DNA of 44,802 nucleotides from Basidiobolus ranarum (Eukaryota): NCBI GenBank assembly GCA_040143965.1, contig JASJQH010000028.1, positions 1 to 44,802 of the forward strand, read 5' to 3'. Shown piece by piece: positions 34,596 to 44,802 of this stretch (position 1 is its first letter; each line of letters starts with the position of its first letter). The notes under the pieces were generated by a model. It saw only the letters and a program-made list of their open reading frames with translations, ran no database searches and was not told where the DNA came from. The position numbers and the translations under genes were made by a program.

Positions 34596-34947
34596 TTTTT
34601 TTCGAGCTATAAGCAGCAAATCGATGAATATATTCAATAATCCTTCATAATTTCGATCACCTCTCTATATTGGATATGATAATGATAATCTAGAGCTTTC
34701 TTCAGGCATATTGCATTGTAACATGTTGTATGAAATTTAAGTGATTTTGTTGAGTCAAAATATTTATGTAATGTGACTGCCTCAATCAGATAACTAACGT
34801 AATCCAAACCGTTTGAAAGATCGGCTTTCGATCGGCTGATATGTTATCTCACTCGATTTTTTTTTGATTGACTTCATTTCCTTTTTTTCTAGTTACTTGT
34901 TCTTCCGTTTCTACCAACCAACTCTACCTCACAATAAACTTTAACAG

Positions 34948-36112
34948 ATGTATAACGGGATTGGACTTACTACACCCCGTGGTTCGGGTACCAATGGTTT
35001 TGTTGTACGAAATCTATCAGCTCTAAGGGAACGCAAAGATCCAGTTCCTAGATTCGATTCTGACAGAGACTTCAAAGCCTCCAGTAAAAAACCCGATCAA
35101 GGAATTCTTGAACACGATAGAAAACGTCAAATCGAACTTAAATGTTTTACTTTACAAACTGAACTCGAAGATGAAGGGTATGTTTTTATATAATGGATAT
35201 TTTTCTAATATTTATGTTGCTAAAATTTCCTTGAATTCCCGTAGAGTTTCAGAGGAACAGATTGAAAAAAAAGTCTCGGAATTAAGAGAAACTCTTATGT
35301 CTGAATTATCAAATCTAGTGGAACGCGATGCTAAAGAATTTAAACTTTATGAGACTCATCAACTCGCTCAGGCCAAAGAGATCGAAAATGCAAAAATGAT
35401 GAAAGCTCTTGGAATTAATAAAGATACTTATGTAGAAGGAGCCGCTTTCGATGAGGAGAAAAAAGCTGCCACCAAAGAAGCAGCTAAAGCCAAACGAGAG
35501 TTAGAAATGCTGGAAAGATCGCGTAGAGAAGAGCGTCAAAATCCTCCAAAAGAAAAACGAGTAACTTCTCATTCCAGAACAAGGAGCCGACGCAAATCTT
35601 ATTCCTCTTCTAGTAGTAGTGGTAGCAGTAGTAGCAGTAGTGATTCTAGCGATTCCTCGAGTAGCTCTTCAAGCGATAGTGACTCTGATGATGAGCATTC
35701 TAAAACACGTAACTCACGTCGTGGGAGATCAGCTTCATCCGACAGACAACGCTCCAGATCTCGTCACTATTCACGTCGCTCACCTAGTTCTTCAAGATCA
35801 AGATCACCTGTATCTCGCTCACGCCCCTCACGACACTCACCAAGCTCCTCGAGATCACGCTCTCGTTCACCCGTATCTCGCTCACGTCCCTCACGACGTT
35901 CACCTAGTTCTTCAAGATCACGATCACCTGTATCTCGCTCACGCCCCTCACGACGCTCACCAAGCTCCTCGAGATCACGCTCTCGTTCACCCGTACGAGC
36001 ATCTCGTCGTTCACGTCGCTCTCGCTCTCTCAGTGTATCTCGTTCACGCTCGCCAGTGCGTTCTTCTCGTCGCTCACGTCGTTCACGTTCTCGTACACCT
36101 GTATCCCCTTAA
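34948..36112 (+). CDS. CWC21: Pre-mRNA splicing factor CWC21/SRRM2-like with RS-rich tail, ~365 aa, 2 exons
   Basis: MYNGIGLTTPRGSGTNGFVVRNLS, ILEHDRKRQIELKC, IEKKVSELRE.L, ETHQLAQAKE, ALGI..YVEG.AFD; intron 35178-35244; Ser/Arg-rich C-terminus. Confidence 0.95.
35771..35995 (+). repeat. Coding higher-order tandem repeat (120-bp period made of 57- and 63-bp subunits) in the RS domain
   Basis: 35781-35875 nearly identical to 35901-35995; encodes variants of RRSPSSSRSRS(RS)PVSRSRPS. Confidence 0.9.
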
Positions 36113-36555
36113 ATATTTAATTTCCCCGGATTCTATTTATACAGTAGTGAAGCATATAAGTGTACATTGCTATCATCATTTTTATTGACAAACATGTAAG
36201 CTCAAGAATACTCTTTCAAATTCAAGTATAACTGAACTTCATCCATGAGCCGAAACCACCTAAACCACCTAAATTTAGAGTTGATATTGAGATATGAAGA
36301 CTCTTCCAGAAGTGTTCGTGAAGGTGGCGGATGAAACCATTTGTAATAAACTTTCCAAAGAAAACCTGGACCGTGCTGGTGGTTAGCTAGTGGATTTTAG
36401 TGTCATCCATCAGACACCTTTGTTCACACTGTTCTCAAGGCCAGGTACGCAGTTTGAGTATGATGCTATACGTGGCAATTCATGTATGGTTACATTAAAC
36501 CATATGATTGGTCATTTGATAATATGTAAAGCAGAAACAATTGGTCAACTGCTTA

Positions 36556-36572
36556 CCTAACCCTAACCCTAA
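36556..36572 (-). repeat. Short interstitial telomere-type repeat, ~3x TTAGGG on the minus strand
   Basis: CCTAACCCTAACCCTAA on the plus strand. Confidence 0.7.
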
Positions 36573-37342
36573 TTCTACATGATCCTAACTTTAAGATACT
36601 CTTTCCATTATCGCTGTACTAAGTACCCTACTACATGTATCACTCTGTGCGCACATAACCCCTTCCAAATCTAGACAGCAGCCATGCGCCCTCGATTATA
36701 CATTAGTCATGCCAAGTCTAATTTAGTAAATAAGCTTATGTTGCTAAAGTGATCATCCACGGTTGATGGTGAACACAAATTCAACTCGTAATCCAGCCAG
36801 TTACCTTGTTACTTTAGATTTTGTGTGATTCTGCATCGGGATCCATTCTTCAAACGCGATTAAGTCGATACTAGTTTGAGAAAATAATTCTCACTGAGTT
36901 TTGTGTCCAACACCAAGGGCATTCCACTCTGATCTGGGCCACCGATGTGAACCTCATGAGAACAAGTTAATTCGATCACGATTTTATTCAGAGTGGCGTT
37001 GCATAGGTTTGGGATGAATTCATTTTAGGGTAACGAATATATATAAATATCATTTCATTCTGAGTCAGTTGATGCAAGCCGATTACCCAATAAGAGCCAG
37101 CAAGTCACAGATTTCTTGTTACTAACGTGCTTTTACTTGAGGGTTTATTTATAATTAAACCATTCAGAGTTTGTGTATATATATGTCCCAGTTCTCTCAT
37201 TCATTCTTCTTGGACATCTTATGATATTTTCTTTTAACAGCGTATAGATTCTCGAGTAGATCTTCTATTCCCTCCATTTCCTATTTGTTACTTGACTCCA
37301 CGACTTTTAGTGTATTCCATAAAGATATTATTTACTATTGAT

Positions 37343-39818
37343 ATGAACCCCCAAGATGCCTTGGATAGCTCCAAGCCCATAAAGCGAAAACGTCTCACTC
37401 AAGCCTGCGACATTTGTAGAAAGAAGAAAGTAAAATGTGACGGAAACCGTCCCAGTTGTTCTAATTGCATACGATTAAATGTCACCTGTACCTATTTACC
37501 AAGTTTCAAAAAGAGAGGTCCACGTCAAGGGCCTACAGCTACTGAAGAGACATTTACTGGTAGTAGTGTGGAATTCTTTCGTCGTCTTTCAACTCCAGGC
37601 TCTACTCAGATAAACAACATAAAGCAGCCAAATACTCCTTTGAGAGCTTCTAGTCTTCCAGATATCAAGCCAATATCCAGTATAGCTCCTGTCTCCTCTC
37701 TTCCTACTGCTCCCACCAATTATTTTAGTAACTTCTCACATATCCCCATTCCTTCTTTCGATGCTGGTGGTACACCTTTCTTTGGAAATGTTAACTCACA
37801 AATATTGCCAGTATATTCACCACACTATTCAAATCAAAGTCCAAAAAAAGAAACCAAGGAGAAAGACACTATGGATGGTGAAATTGCAGTTCGAGAGAAA
37901 GTTGAGCAAGTGTGGTCACAATCATATTTAGGAAACACCTCCGGTCTTCATTCTCTTACTGGTGGAGGTAAAGAAAAAACTCCTTCACCTAAAAGTGAGT
38001 CAGAGGTGTTGTGTTTAGTTGGAGCTGACTCTTTACCCCCGCCACAGATAACTGAACATTTAGCAAATCTTTATTTCGATGTTATTTACCCACAAATGCC
38101 CTTCGTTCATCGACCTACTTTTTTCCGAAAATTGAAAAATAAGGAAATCCCACCCATATTAATATTGAGTATATGTGCTTGTGTATCTCGACTATCAAAC
38201 CATCCGGCCATACTTGCCGATGAATCTACTCGACGTGGTGAAGTGTTTTCTGAACGATTTAGAGATATCTTGGTTTTATGTCTCGACGATCCTTGTCTTT
38301 CCACTATTCAAGCACTCTTGATTTTCTCCTATTACGAGTATACTAATGCTCGGATATCTAGATCCTGGATGTACTTGGGGATGGCTGTTCGGTAAGCCAG
38401 GGCTCTTATTCTTGTTGCTACGTATATTTACTAAAATCTCTACTTTTAGAATGGCTCAGGAGCTGGGAATTAATAGAATCGATGAGGGAGGCTTAATTGA
38501 AGACCAATGCCCAAGTGAATGGGTGGAGGCTGAAACTAGCAGACGAGTTTGGTGGTCTTGCTTTATTCGTGATCGTCTAGTTAGTAGCGGTACTGGCAGG
38601 TCCATGGCAATCGACGAACAGGACACCAGAGTGTTACTTCCCTGTGATGAAAATGATTTCAACAACGAGAACCCTGTGGAGACCGAGTTACTTGATATCT
38701 CTGACAATGCTGCTAATGGATACTCTGTATCATCCTCTTTGCACCCCTATGTGAATGAGAAAGGTATTGGTTATCGTGCTCATTGGGTTAAGTTGGTTGC
38801 CTTGCTGGGAAGAGTATCTCAATTCGTCAATAGTCCTCAGTTTCGCAAAACACGCTCCAGTCCTGAAACTTTGGCCAAATTTGCTACCCTAGAGAACAGT
38901 TTGGCTGCGTGGGCCGAATCTTTGCCTTCACAATATAAATACCCTTGCAATCTTGTGACTGAGTCGTCACCAAGTGCATATGCCAGGGCTGGATTCATTA
39001 TTTGTATCCACATTCTATACCATGCTGTGATTATCTTGCTATACCGTTCCAATCTTGACAAAATCACTCAACAAACGAAAGGAGAGTTTACCGATACCTT
39101 AGTTGGAGACTCTTGGAAGAGATGTATTACATCTGCTAATGAGATCACAGCGGCCATTCCGGATTTCTATACATATCCATCGTGTTACAATTATCCACAT
39201 ATTAGCTTTGGCATTTTCACGGCTGGAACGGTGTACATGCACTCTCTTTTCTCTTCCAATGTTACCACCGCTGTCGAAGAAGCAAAGAGTAAACTCGACA
39301 ATACTTATCAAACTCTTCTTATGCTAAAGAAGGAATGGCCAATGGCCGGAAAATACGGTATCTTACTAAAAGGGTTGGTATCTGTCCGGAACCGTGTTGC
39401 TACACAAGATAAATCGAGTGTGTGCAAGTTGGAAAACCCTTCACTATCTATTACCCCACCGCCAGAGTTTGGGCTGGAGAACTTCAATCTCTCAGCGCCG
39501 GAAACTCAATTCGATAGCACTTCTTCGAACCTCGATTCAATTTACGAATCTCCTCAGGTAGACGAGAGCGGTTTTGACTTCTTCAATGGATTCCAGGATC
39601 TTGTCGATATGCCGTTCAGTCAAGGTGGTTCATTCCTTGATGGACTCTTGAGCAATATGTATACCAGCTCTGGTGCTGATTCCTCAGTCAATAGTTCCCA
39701 TCTACCCCTTGATATGAACAATATTGCGTGTGGATTTAACCCAGAGGAACCTTTGGTAAATGAGCTAAATTTACCAGTTACTCAAGCATGGGCCGGTCAC
39801 CTGACCAATAGTTTCTAA
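37343..39818 (+). CDS. Zn(II)2Cys6 transcription factor with fungal-specific TF middle homology domain, ~805 aa, 2 exons
   Basis: ATG 37343; KRKRLTQACDICRKKKVKCDGNRPSCSNCIRLNVTCTY..KKRGP; FVHRPTF, TIQALL, SWMYLGMAVR|MAQELGIN, ETSRRVWWSCFIRDR; intron 38392-38449; acidic C-terminus. Confidence 0.95.
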
Positions 39819-40184
39819 CATTTCAGTAAGGTTGTGTTTTGTACATACATTTTCATATTTCTTTTGAATTCTATTTATTTGGTCTAGAAACACACCGTGA
39901 ACAATCCTTACTGTTTATTCTACAACATGCTGTATTTCATGCTTTCGCTTTCCCCTTTGAATTTTTATCGAACACAATACGAAATCAATGCGTATGATAG
40001 TATATTCTATATAAAATAAGAACACTATCTAAATTCACATTCCAAAAAACAAGTCACACAAATCTATTTGGAATCCAATTTTATGGTCTAAATATAAAAG
40101 AAACATTTATCGTACATTGGGGGGGGGGTTAAGTGAAGTGGGGGAAATGCTTAGATAAATATGCACTCTTAGTGGAACACTCCA

Positions 40185-42221
40185 TTAGAAAGGTTTACCA
40201 ACCAATACAGGGACCGATTGAGATTTATAGTATTCAACCACTTGAATTCCCTTGTTGGCGATATCGGTAGGAGTAATACCGAATTTCTTATACAATTCTT
40301 CACAAGGAGCGGATGCACCGAAGGTAGTTAAACCAACCGAAGCATGGGCATACTTTTGCCATCCAAATGTGGTCATGGCTTCGGCAGAAATCACTGGTAC
40401 TCCATCAGGGAAAACTGTCTTCTTATAAGCAAGTTCTTGTTCATCAAAGAGCTCCATGGATGGCATAGAAACTACACTGGCAATCACTCCTTGTTCAGCC
40501 AATTTTTCGCTGGCTTCAACACAGATAGATACTTCCGATCCGGTGGCCACCAAAATCAAATCGGCTTTTTCGATCTGTTTAAGTGGATAAGCTCCCTTGA
40601 GAGTATTCTCAATAGAGGATCCTTCCAAATGGGGAAGATTTTGTCTGGTCAATGCTAAAACGGAAGGACGAGTGGAGTTTTGGAAAGCAGCTAAATAAGC
40701 ACCAGAAACTTCATTACCATCAGCAGGACGTAATACCAAAGTGTTGGGAGTGGCACGAAGATGTGCCAAAGTTTCAACTGGTTGATGGGTAGGTCCATCT
40801 TCACCTAATCCGATGGAGTCATGGGTCATAATGTATACAACACGGAAGTGTGAAAGTGCCGAGAGACGGGTGGCTCCTACGGCATAACTGATGAAATTTA
40901 AGAAAGTCGATCCAAATGGAATAAATCCTCCATAGGCAGTGATACCGTTACAGATAGCTGCCATACCGTGTTCACGAACACCGAAACGAATATAACGTCC
41001 TCCATAGTTACCAAGACCGGTAGATTCATGTTGGAAATCAACAGCGCTCTTCCATCTGGTCAAGTTGGATCCAGTAAGATCGGCAGAACCACCAATTAAT
41101 TCTGGTAAAATATCGGCAACCTTGTTCAAAAGGGTTTCCGATAATTTTCTGGTGGCTACGGCAGGATCAGATGGAGTGTAACGGGGAAGTGCCTCTTGGA
41201 GTTGTTGAGGAAGTTCACCAGCTAAACGACGCTTGAACTCGGAAGCGAGTTCTGGATATTGACTAGCATACTTCTCAAACAAAGAATCCCATTCCAAGTT
41301 CTGTTGAGCACCATTCTCACCGATTTTGCTATATAAATCAGTGACCTCAGCGGCAACAGCAAAGGACTCCTCGGGGTTAAAGCCGAACTTGGATTTTACT
41401 TGAGCGATATCTTCAGCACTTAATGGAGCACCATGAACCTTCTCTGTTCCTTCATTCTTGGAACCGTAACCAATGGTAGTACGGATTTTGATTAAAGTAG
41501 GCTTCTCAGTAACCTTCTTAGCCTCTTCAATGGCTTTAACAAGTCCTTCAAAGTCATTATCACCATCCTCCAAGATGAGTGTATGCCAGCCATAGGATTC
41601 GAATCTCATGATGACATCCTCAGTGAAACCCAAGTTGGTATCACCATCAATTTGGATGTGATTGTCATCATATAGAGCAATTAACTTACCAAGTTTAAGA
41701 TGACCAGCGAGGGAAACTGCTTCAGCAGCGACACCTTCTTGAAGACAACCATCACCCATGATGACATAGGTATGGTTATCAATGATTGGGAAACCATCTC
41801 TGTTGAAAGTGGCGGCCAAATGAGCTTCAGCAATAGCAAGACCAACGGCATTGGAGATACCTTGACCCAAAGGACCGGTGGTTACTTCAATACCTTCAGT
41901 CATGAAGTTTTCGGGGTGACCTGGGCAGACGCTGTCAAGTTGACGGAAAGTTTTCAAGTCATCAATGGTAACATTATAACCGGCAAGGTGAAGCATGACA
42001 TAATGTAAAGCGCAGCCGTGTCCATTAGAAAGAACGAAACGATCGCGAGTGGCCCATTTGGGGTTCTTGGGGTTATATTTCATGAATTTAGAGAACAAGG
42101 CGTGGGCCATAGGAGCACAGCCCATGGGGGCACCTGGATGTCCAGAGTTGGCCTTGCGGACAACATCAGCAGCAAGAGCGCGGATAGTGTTAATAGCAAC
42201 TGTGTCAATCTGAGGAGCCAT
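40185..42221 (-). CDS. TKL1: Transketolase (678 aa, intronless)
   Basis: ANSGHPGAPMG, RDRFVLSNGH, TTGPLGQG, GDGCLQEG...DDN (ThDP motif), GVREHGM, THDSIGLGEDGPTHQP. First ATG 42221 (MAPQID); TATAAA on the minus strand at ~42286-42281. Confidence 0.98.
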   Translation of the reverse strand: MAPQIDTVAINTIRALAADVVRKANSGHPGAPMGCAPMAHALFSKFMKYNPKNPKWATRDRFVLSNGHGCALHYVMLHLAGYNVTIDDLKTFRQLDSVCPGHPENFMTEGIEVTTGPLGQGISNAVGLAIAEAHLAATFNRDGFPIIDNHTYVIMGDGCLQEGVAAEAVSLAGHLKLGKLIALYDDNHIQIDGDTNLGFTEDVIMRFESYGWHTLILEDGDNDFEGLVKAIEEAKKVTEKPTLIKIRTTIGYGSKNEGTEKVHGAPLSAEDIAQVKSKFGFNPEESFAVAAEVTDLYSKIGENGAQQNLEWDSLFEKYASQYPELASEFKRRLAGELPQQLQEALPRYTPSDPAVATRKLSETLLNKVADILPELIGGSADLTGSNLTRWKSAVDFQHESTGLGNYGGRYIRFGVREHGMAAICNGITAYGGFIPFGSTFLNFISYAVGATRLSALSHFRVVYIMTHDSIGLGEDGPTHQPVETLAHLRATPNTLVLRPADGNEVSGAYLAAFQNSTRPSVLALTRQNLPHLEGSSIENTLKGAYPLKQIEKADLILVATGSEVSICVEASEKLAEQGVIASVVSMPSMELFDEQELAYKKTVFPDGVPVISAEAMTTFGWQKYAHASVGLTTFGASAPCEELYKKFGITPTDIANKGIQVVEYYKSQSVPVLVGKPF

Positions 42222-43427
42222 TGTAGAAGGTGAAATGGGAAGGAGTGGGAATGCAGAGCAGCAAGAAATACCACCCAAAGTTTATATGTGGGCGAGTAGT
42301 GAATTGAATCTCAAACATGACCAATCAGAGAGTTCACGAGGGGAATTCTCTTAAAAGATCAACATCATTTAAGTAACATCCATATATGGATACTAACAAG
42401 TTGACAATTTGACGAATAGACAGGTACACGTTGTGTTCTGTTAGTATTGGCATTAGTATTTGTACCTGTTTTGTCATAACAGTGTACTGCCTCAGAAGAG
42501 ACTTTGATAGATTGTGCAAGCACTCTTCAACCTTCGAATCCCTACCAATCAATTGTACTTTACCTTTGATTTCCCAAGAACGTGGCCAATCATATGAAGT
42601 GCCAGCAAAGAACAATCGTCCGGTTGATGGTAAACACTTGGTAAGCACAAGCCTGAATTGTAGGTTCAACTGTATCGATTTTGTCCTTATTTGCACAGAA
42701 AATTCATTATGAGTCAACAGAGAAGTATAAAACTAGTTTAGTTTAATCAGAATATTGAATAGTCATTATCTGATATTATTCCTGCCATCGTCACCAACCA
42801 ATATGATAGAGCATTTTCTAATCGGATGCAATTCGTGTAACATCGTCAATTGTTGACCTATGAATTTTTTGCTCATGCCATGAACAATTGATCGATATTT
42901 CCTATTTGGACACTTTTACGTAACTGAAATCAATGCTTCATATAAGAGATCGTTATATATATGTGTCTGTCCTATTACTAGCATTTCGCCGCCCCAGATT
43001 TGTAATGCTAGAATTGTGATGATAAATTTTTTTGAGTAACCGAAAAGTGCAATCAAGGAGTGGTTATTATGAGTGGTGATTTTGTGAAGGCTGTGTTGAT
43101 GCTGTTCATTACCAGTTGGGTGCTTCATCTAGATGACATGCTGATAGTTAGCCATAATTGCTTGGTAAACTTGTTTGCTGTCTTTCTTCCCCATCTTTCA
43201 CCTTGGAAATCAGGCCATTGATCTAGAGAGAAGGTCCTCGACGCAAATCAATCTCCAATTTTATATTAGTCGGCTCATCTTGTCTCTAACCAGCATTATA
43301 CTGCTATTCTCTTGTACCTGCTAATCAAGGGGGTCGCAGTACAGCCTCTGATCATTCATTATATATGGGGTGGTGATAGGTGCAATGAAGCATTGAAGTT
43401 TTTGTCAACAAACTCAGCACTCTTATG

Positions 43428-43879
43428 TGTTAGGAGGAGAATGTATAGTTCGAGGATAGTAGTTATCTATTCATATATATAGGTAAATTTATAATTTTTC
43501 TTTTACATGCCTCGTAGCCATTATCATGTTGTGAAAGCATTACTTACAAGATTATCGAAGGAATAACTGCCACAGATATCACTTAAATTAATACAATACT
43601 GTAGCTCATATAAAGCACTTCACCGCCACCATTAAACCAGATTCTCTTCCTATGAAGATAATGGATTTGACTTATCCATGACTAGGCTCTATTTACTGGA
43701 TTGGGTAGCTATAGGTCTGCTATCATTGGTTACATGAGCTTGATTACTATGAAGAGACTTGAGAAGACCCATAAAATTTTAAATATAATTCTACACTTGG
43801 AACTTGTTCCTAGCTAGAAAGACTATTGGTAAAGAAATATCAGAAACTTTGTCCTGAGTATAGGCTTGGCAGAATAACA
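43428..43879 (-). repeat. Putative 3' LTR (~452 bp) of the copia element
   Basis: Bounded by the inverted termini TGTTA (43428-43432) and TAACA (43875-43879). On the minus strand it is preceded by a purine tract AAGAGAGTA (PPT-like), ~100 nt after the RNase H stop. Contains a TATATATA tract. Confidence 0.65.
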
Positions 43880-44802
43880 TACTCTCTTGGATGTTTGGTA
43901 ATACTGAAGCAAGGAGGTCAGTCAGTCAGGAAGTAAGCAATTAAGGAATGCTCACCATCTTGCAGCTCACCATAACACAGCTCAACTAAATAGTCATATA
44001 AACTAATCCTAATAAAGGTCTAAATTTCTCAAATTTCTGTCTAGCTAATGGTATGGTCAATATATCAGCAATCAAAGCTTCTGTAGAACAATAAGTTAAG
44101 TCAATAAACTTATTCTCTATAGTCTCTCTAATGAAGTGATGCTTAATATTTATATGTTTACTTCTATTATGAAATATGGGATTTTTAGCTAATTTGATAC
44201 AACTTTGATTATCTTGAAATATTGTAGTTGGTGAATTTTGAGAATAACCTAAATCTGTTAAGAGTTTTCTTACCCATATTGCTTCTTTTGTTGCTTCATA
44301 GGCAGCCATGTATTTTGCTTCTGTTGTTGAAAGTGCTATAGTAGGTTGTTTCTTTGAATTTCAAGAAATAGCTCCATCACTGCAAAGAAATAAGTATCCT
44401 GTTGTAGATCTGCTGTCTTAAACATCTCTTCCCCAATTTGCATCTGAATATCCCATCCAATCAAAGTTTGATCCAGAATATGTGTATTTTAAGCACAGAT
44501 CCACAGTACCCTTCAAATATCTGAAAATCTGCTTAACAGTTATGATTTGATCAGATCCATAATTTTGAAGATATTGGCACATAACTCCCACAGAATATGC
44601 AATACCTGGCCATGTTCCAACATGATATACATCAAACTACCAACCATAGATTGATAAGGAAATTTCTGTCTTTCATTTGAATCCAAATACATCTGATTTG
44701 AGCCATTTTTGGTCAAGTTGAGATTTGTCTCCATTGGGGTAGATACTGGATTACATTCTTCCATTTTAAGCTTCTTTAGTATATCTAGGATATACTTAGA
44801 CT
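43428..44802 (-). mobile_element. Decayed Ty1/copia LTR retrotransposon: RT C-terminus, RNase H, PPT and 3' LTR; continues past the window end
   Basis: MEECNPVSTPME, YQSMVGSLMY, GT(W)P(G)IAY, K(Q)IFRYLKGT, GYSDANW, SRSTTGY, KKQPTIALSTTEAKY, DNQSCIKLAKNP.FH.RSKHI..KHHFIRE, ADILT.PL. Stops at 44420-44418 and 44363-44361; frameshift near 44618. Confidence 0.95.

Noticed and set aside
35619-36188. 189-aa His/Val/Leu-rich ORF overlapping CWC21
   Set aside because: Alternate-frame read-out of the RS repeat.
40119-40128. G10 homopolymer in the transketolase 3' region
   Set aside because: Simple homopolymer without enough additional G-runs to support a structure.

Overview
Gene-dense, AT-rich eukaryotic window with short GT-AG introns and Zn2Cys6 transcription factors, so fungal; an early-diverging lineage (Basidiobolus-like Zoopagomycota or Mucoromycota) is my inference, not established. 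Left to right: a truncated Cys-rich beta/gamma-crystallin-like gene with an internal stop, a secreted alpha-carbonic anhydrase, a hyaluronan-synthase-like GT2 pseudogene, an intronless NRPS-like reductase (A-T-T-R), an orphan ORF beside a CpG-free tract, a CFEM-like GPI protein, glycogen phosphorylase, class V myosin, a ZIP metal transporter with tandem ATCTGATAA GATA boxes, an RST-like/selenophosphate-synthetase C-domain fusion, a two-Cys COA6, a PHO84-type transporter, two paralogous Zn2Cys6 factors flanking head-to-head PLPBP/CWC21 genes, transketolase, and the 3' end of a decayed Ty1/copia element. The strongest novelty candidate is the gene at 26222-27379. It has lost the SPS catalytic N-domain and a metal-binding Asp and carries an alpha-alpha-hub (RST-like) domain instead. 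All family calls come from motif recognition by eye; no searches were run.
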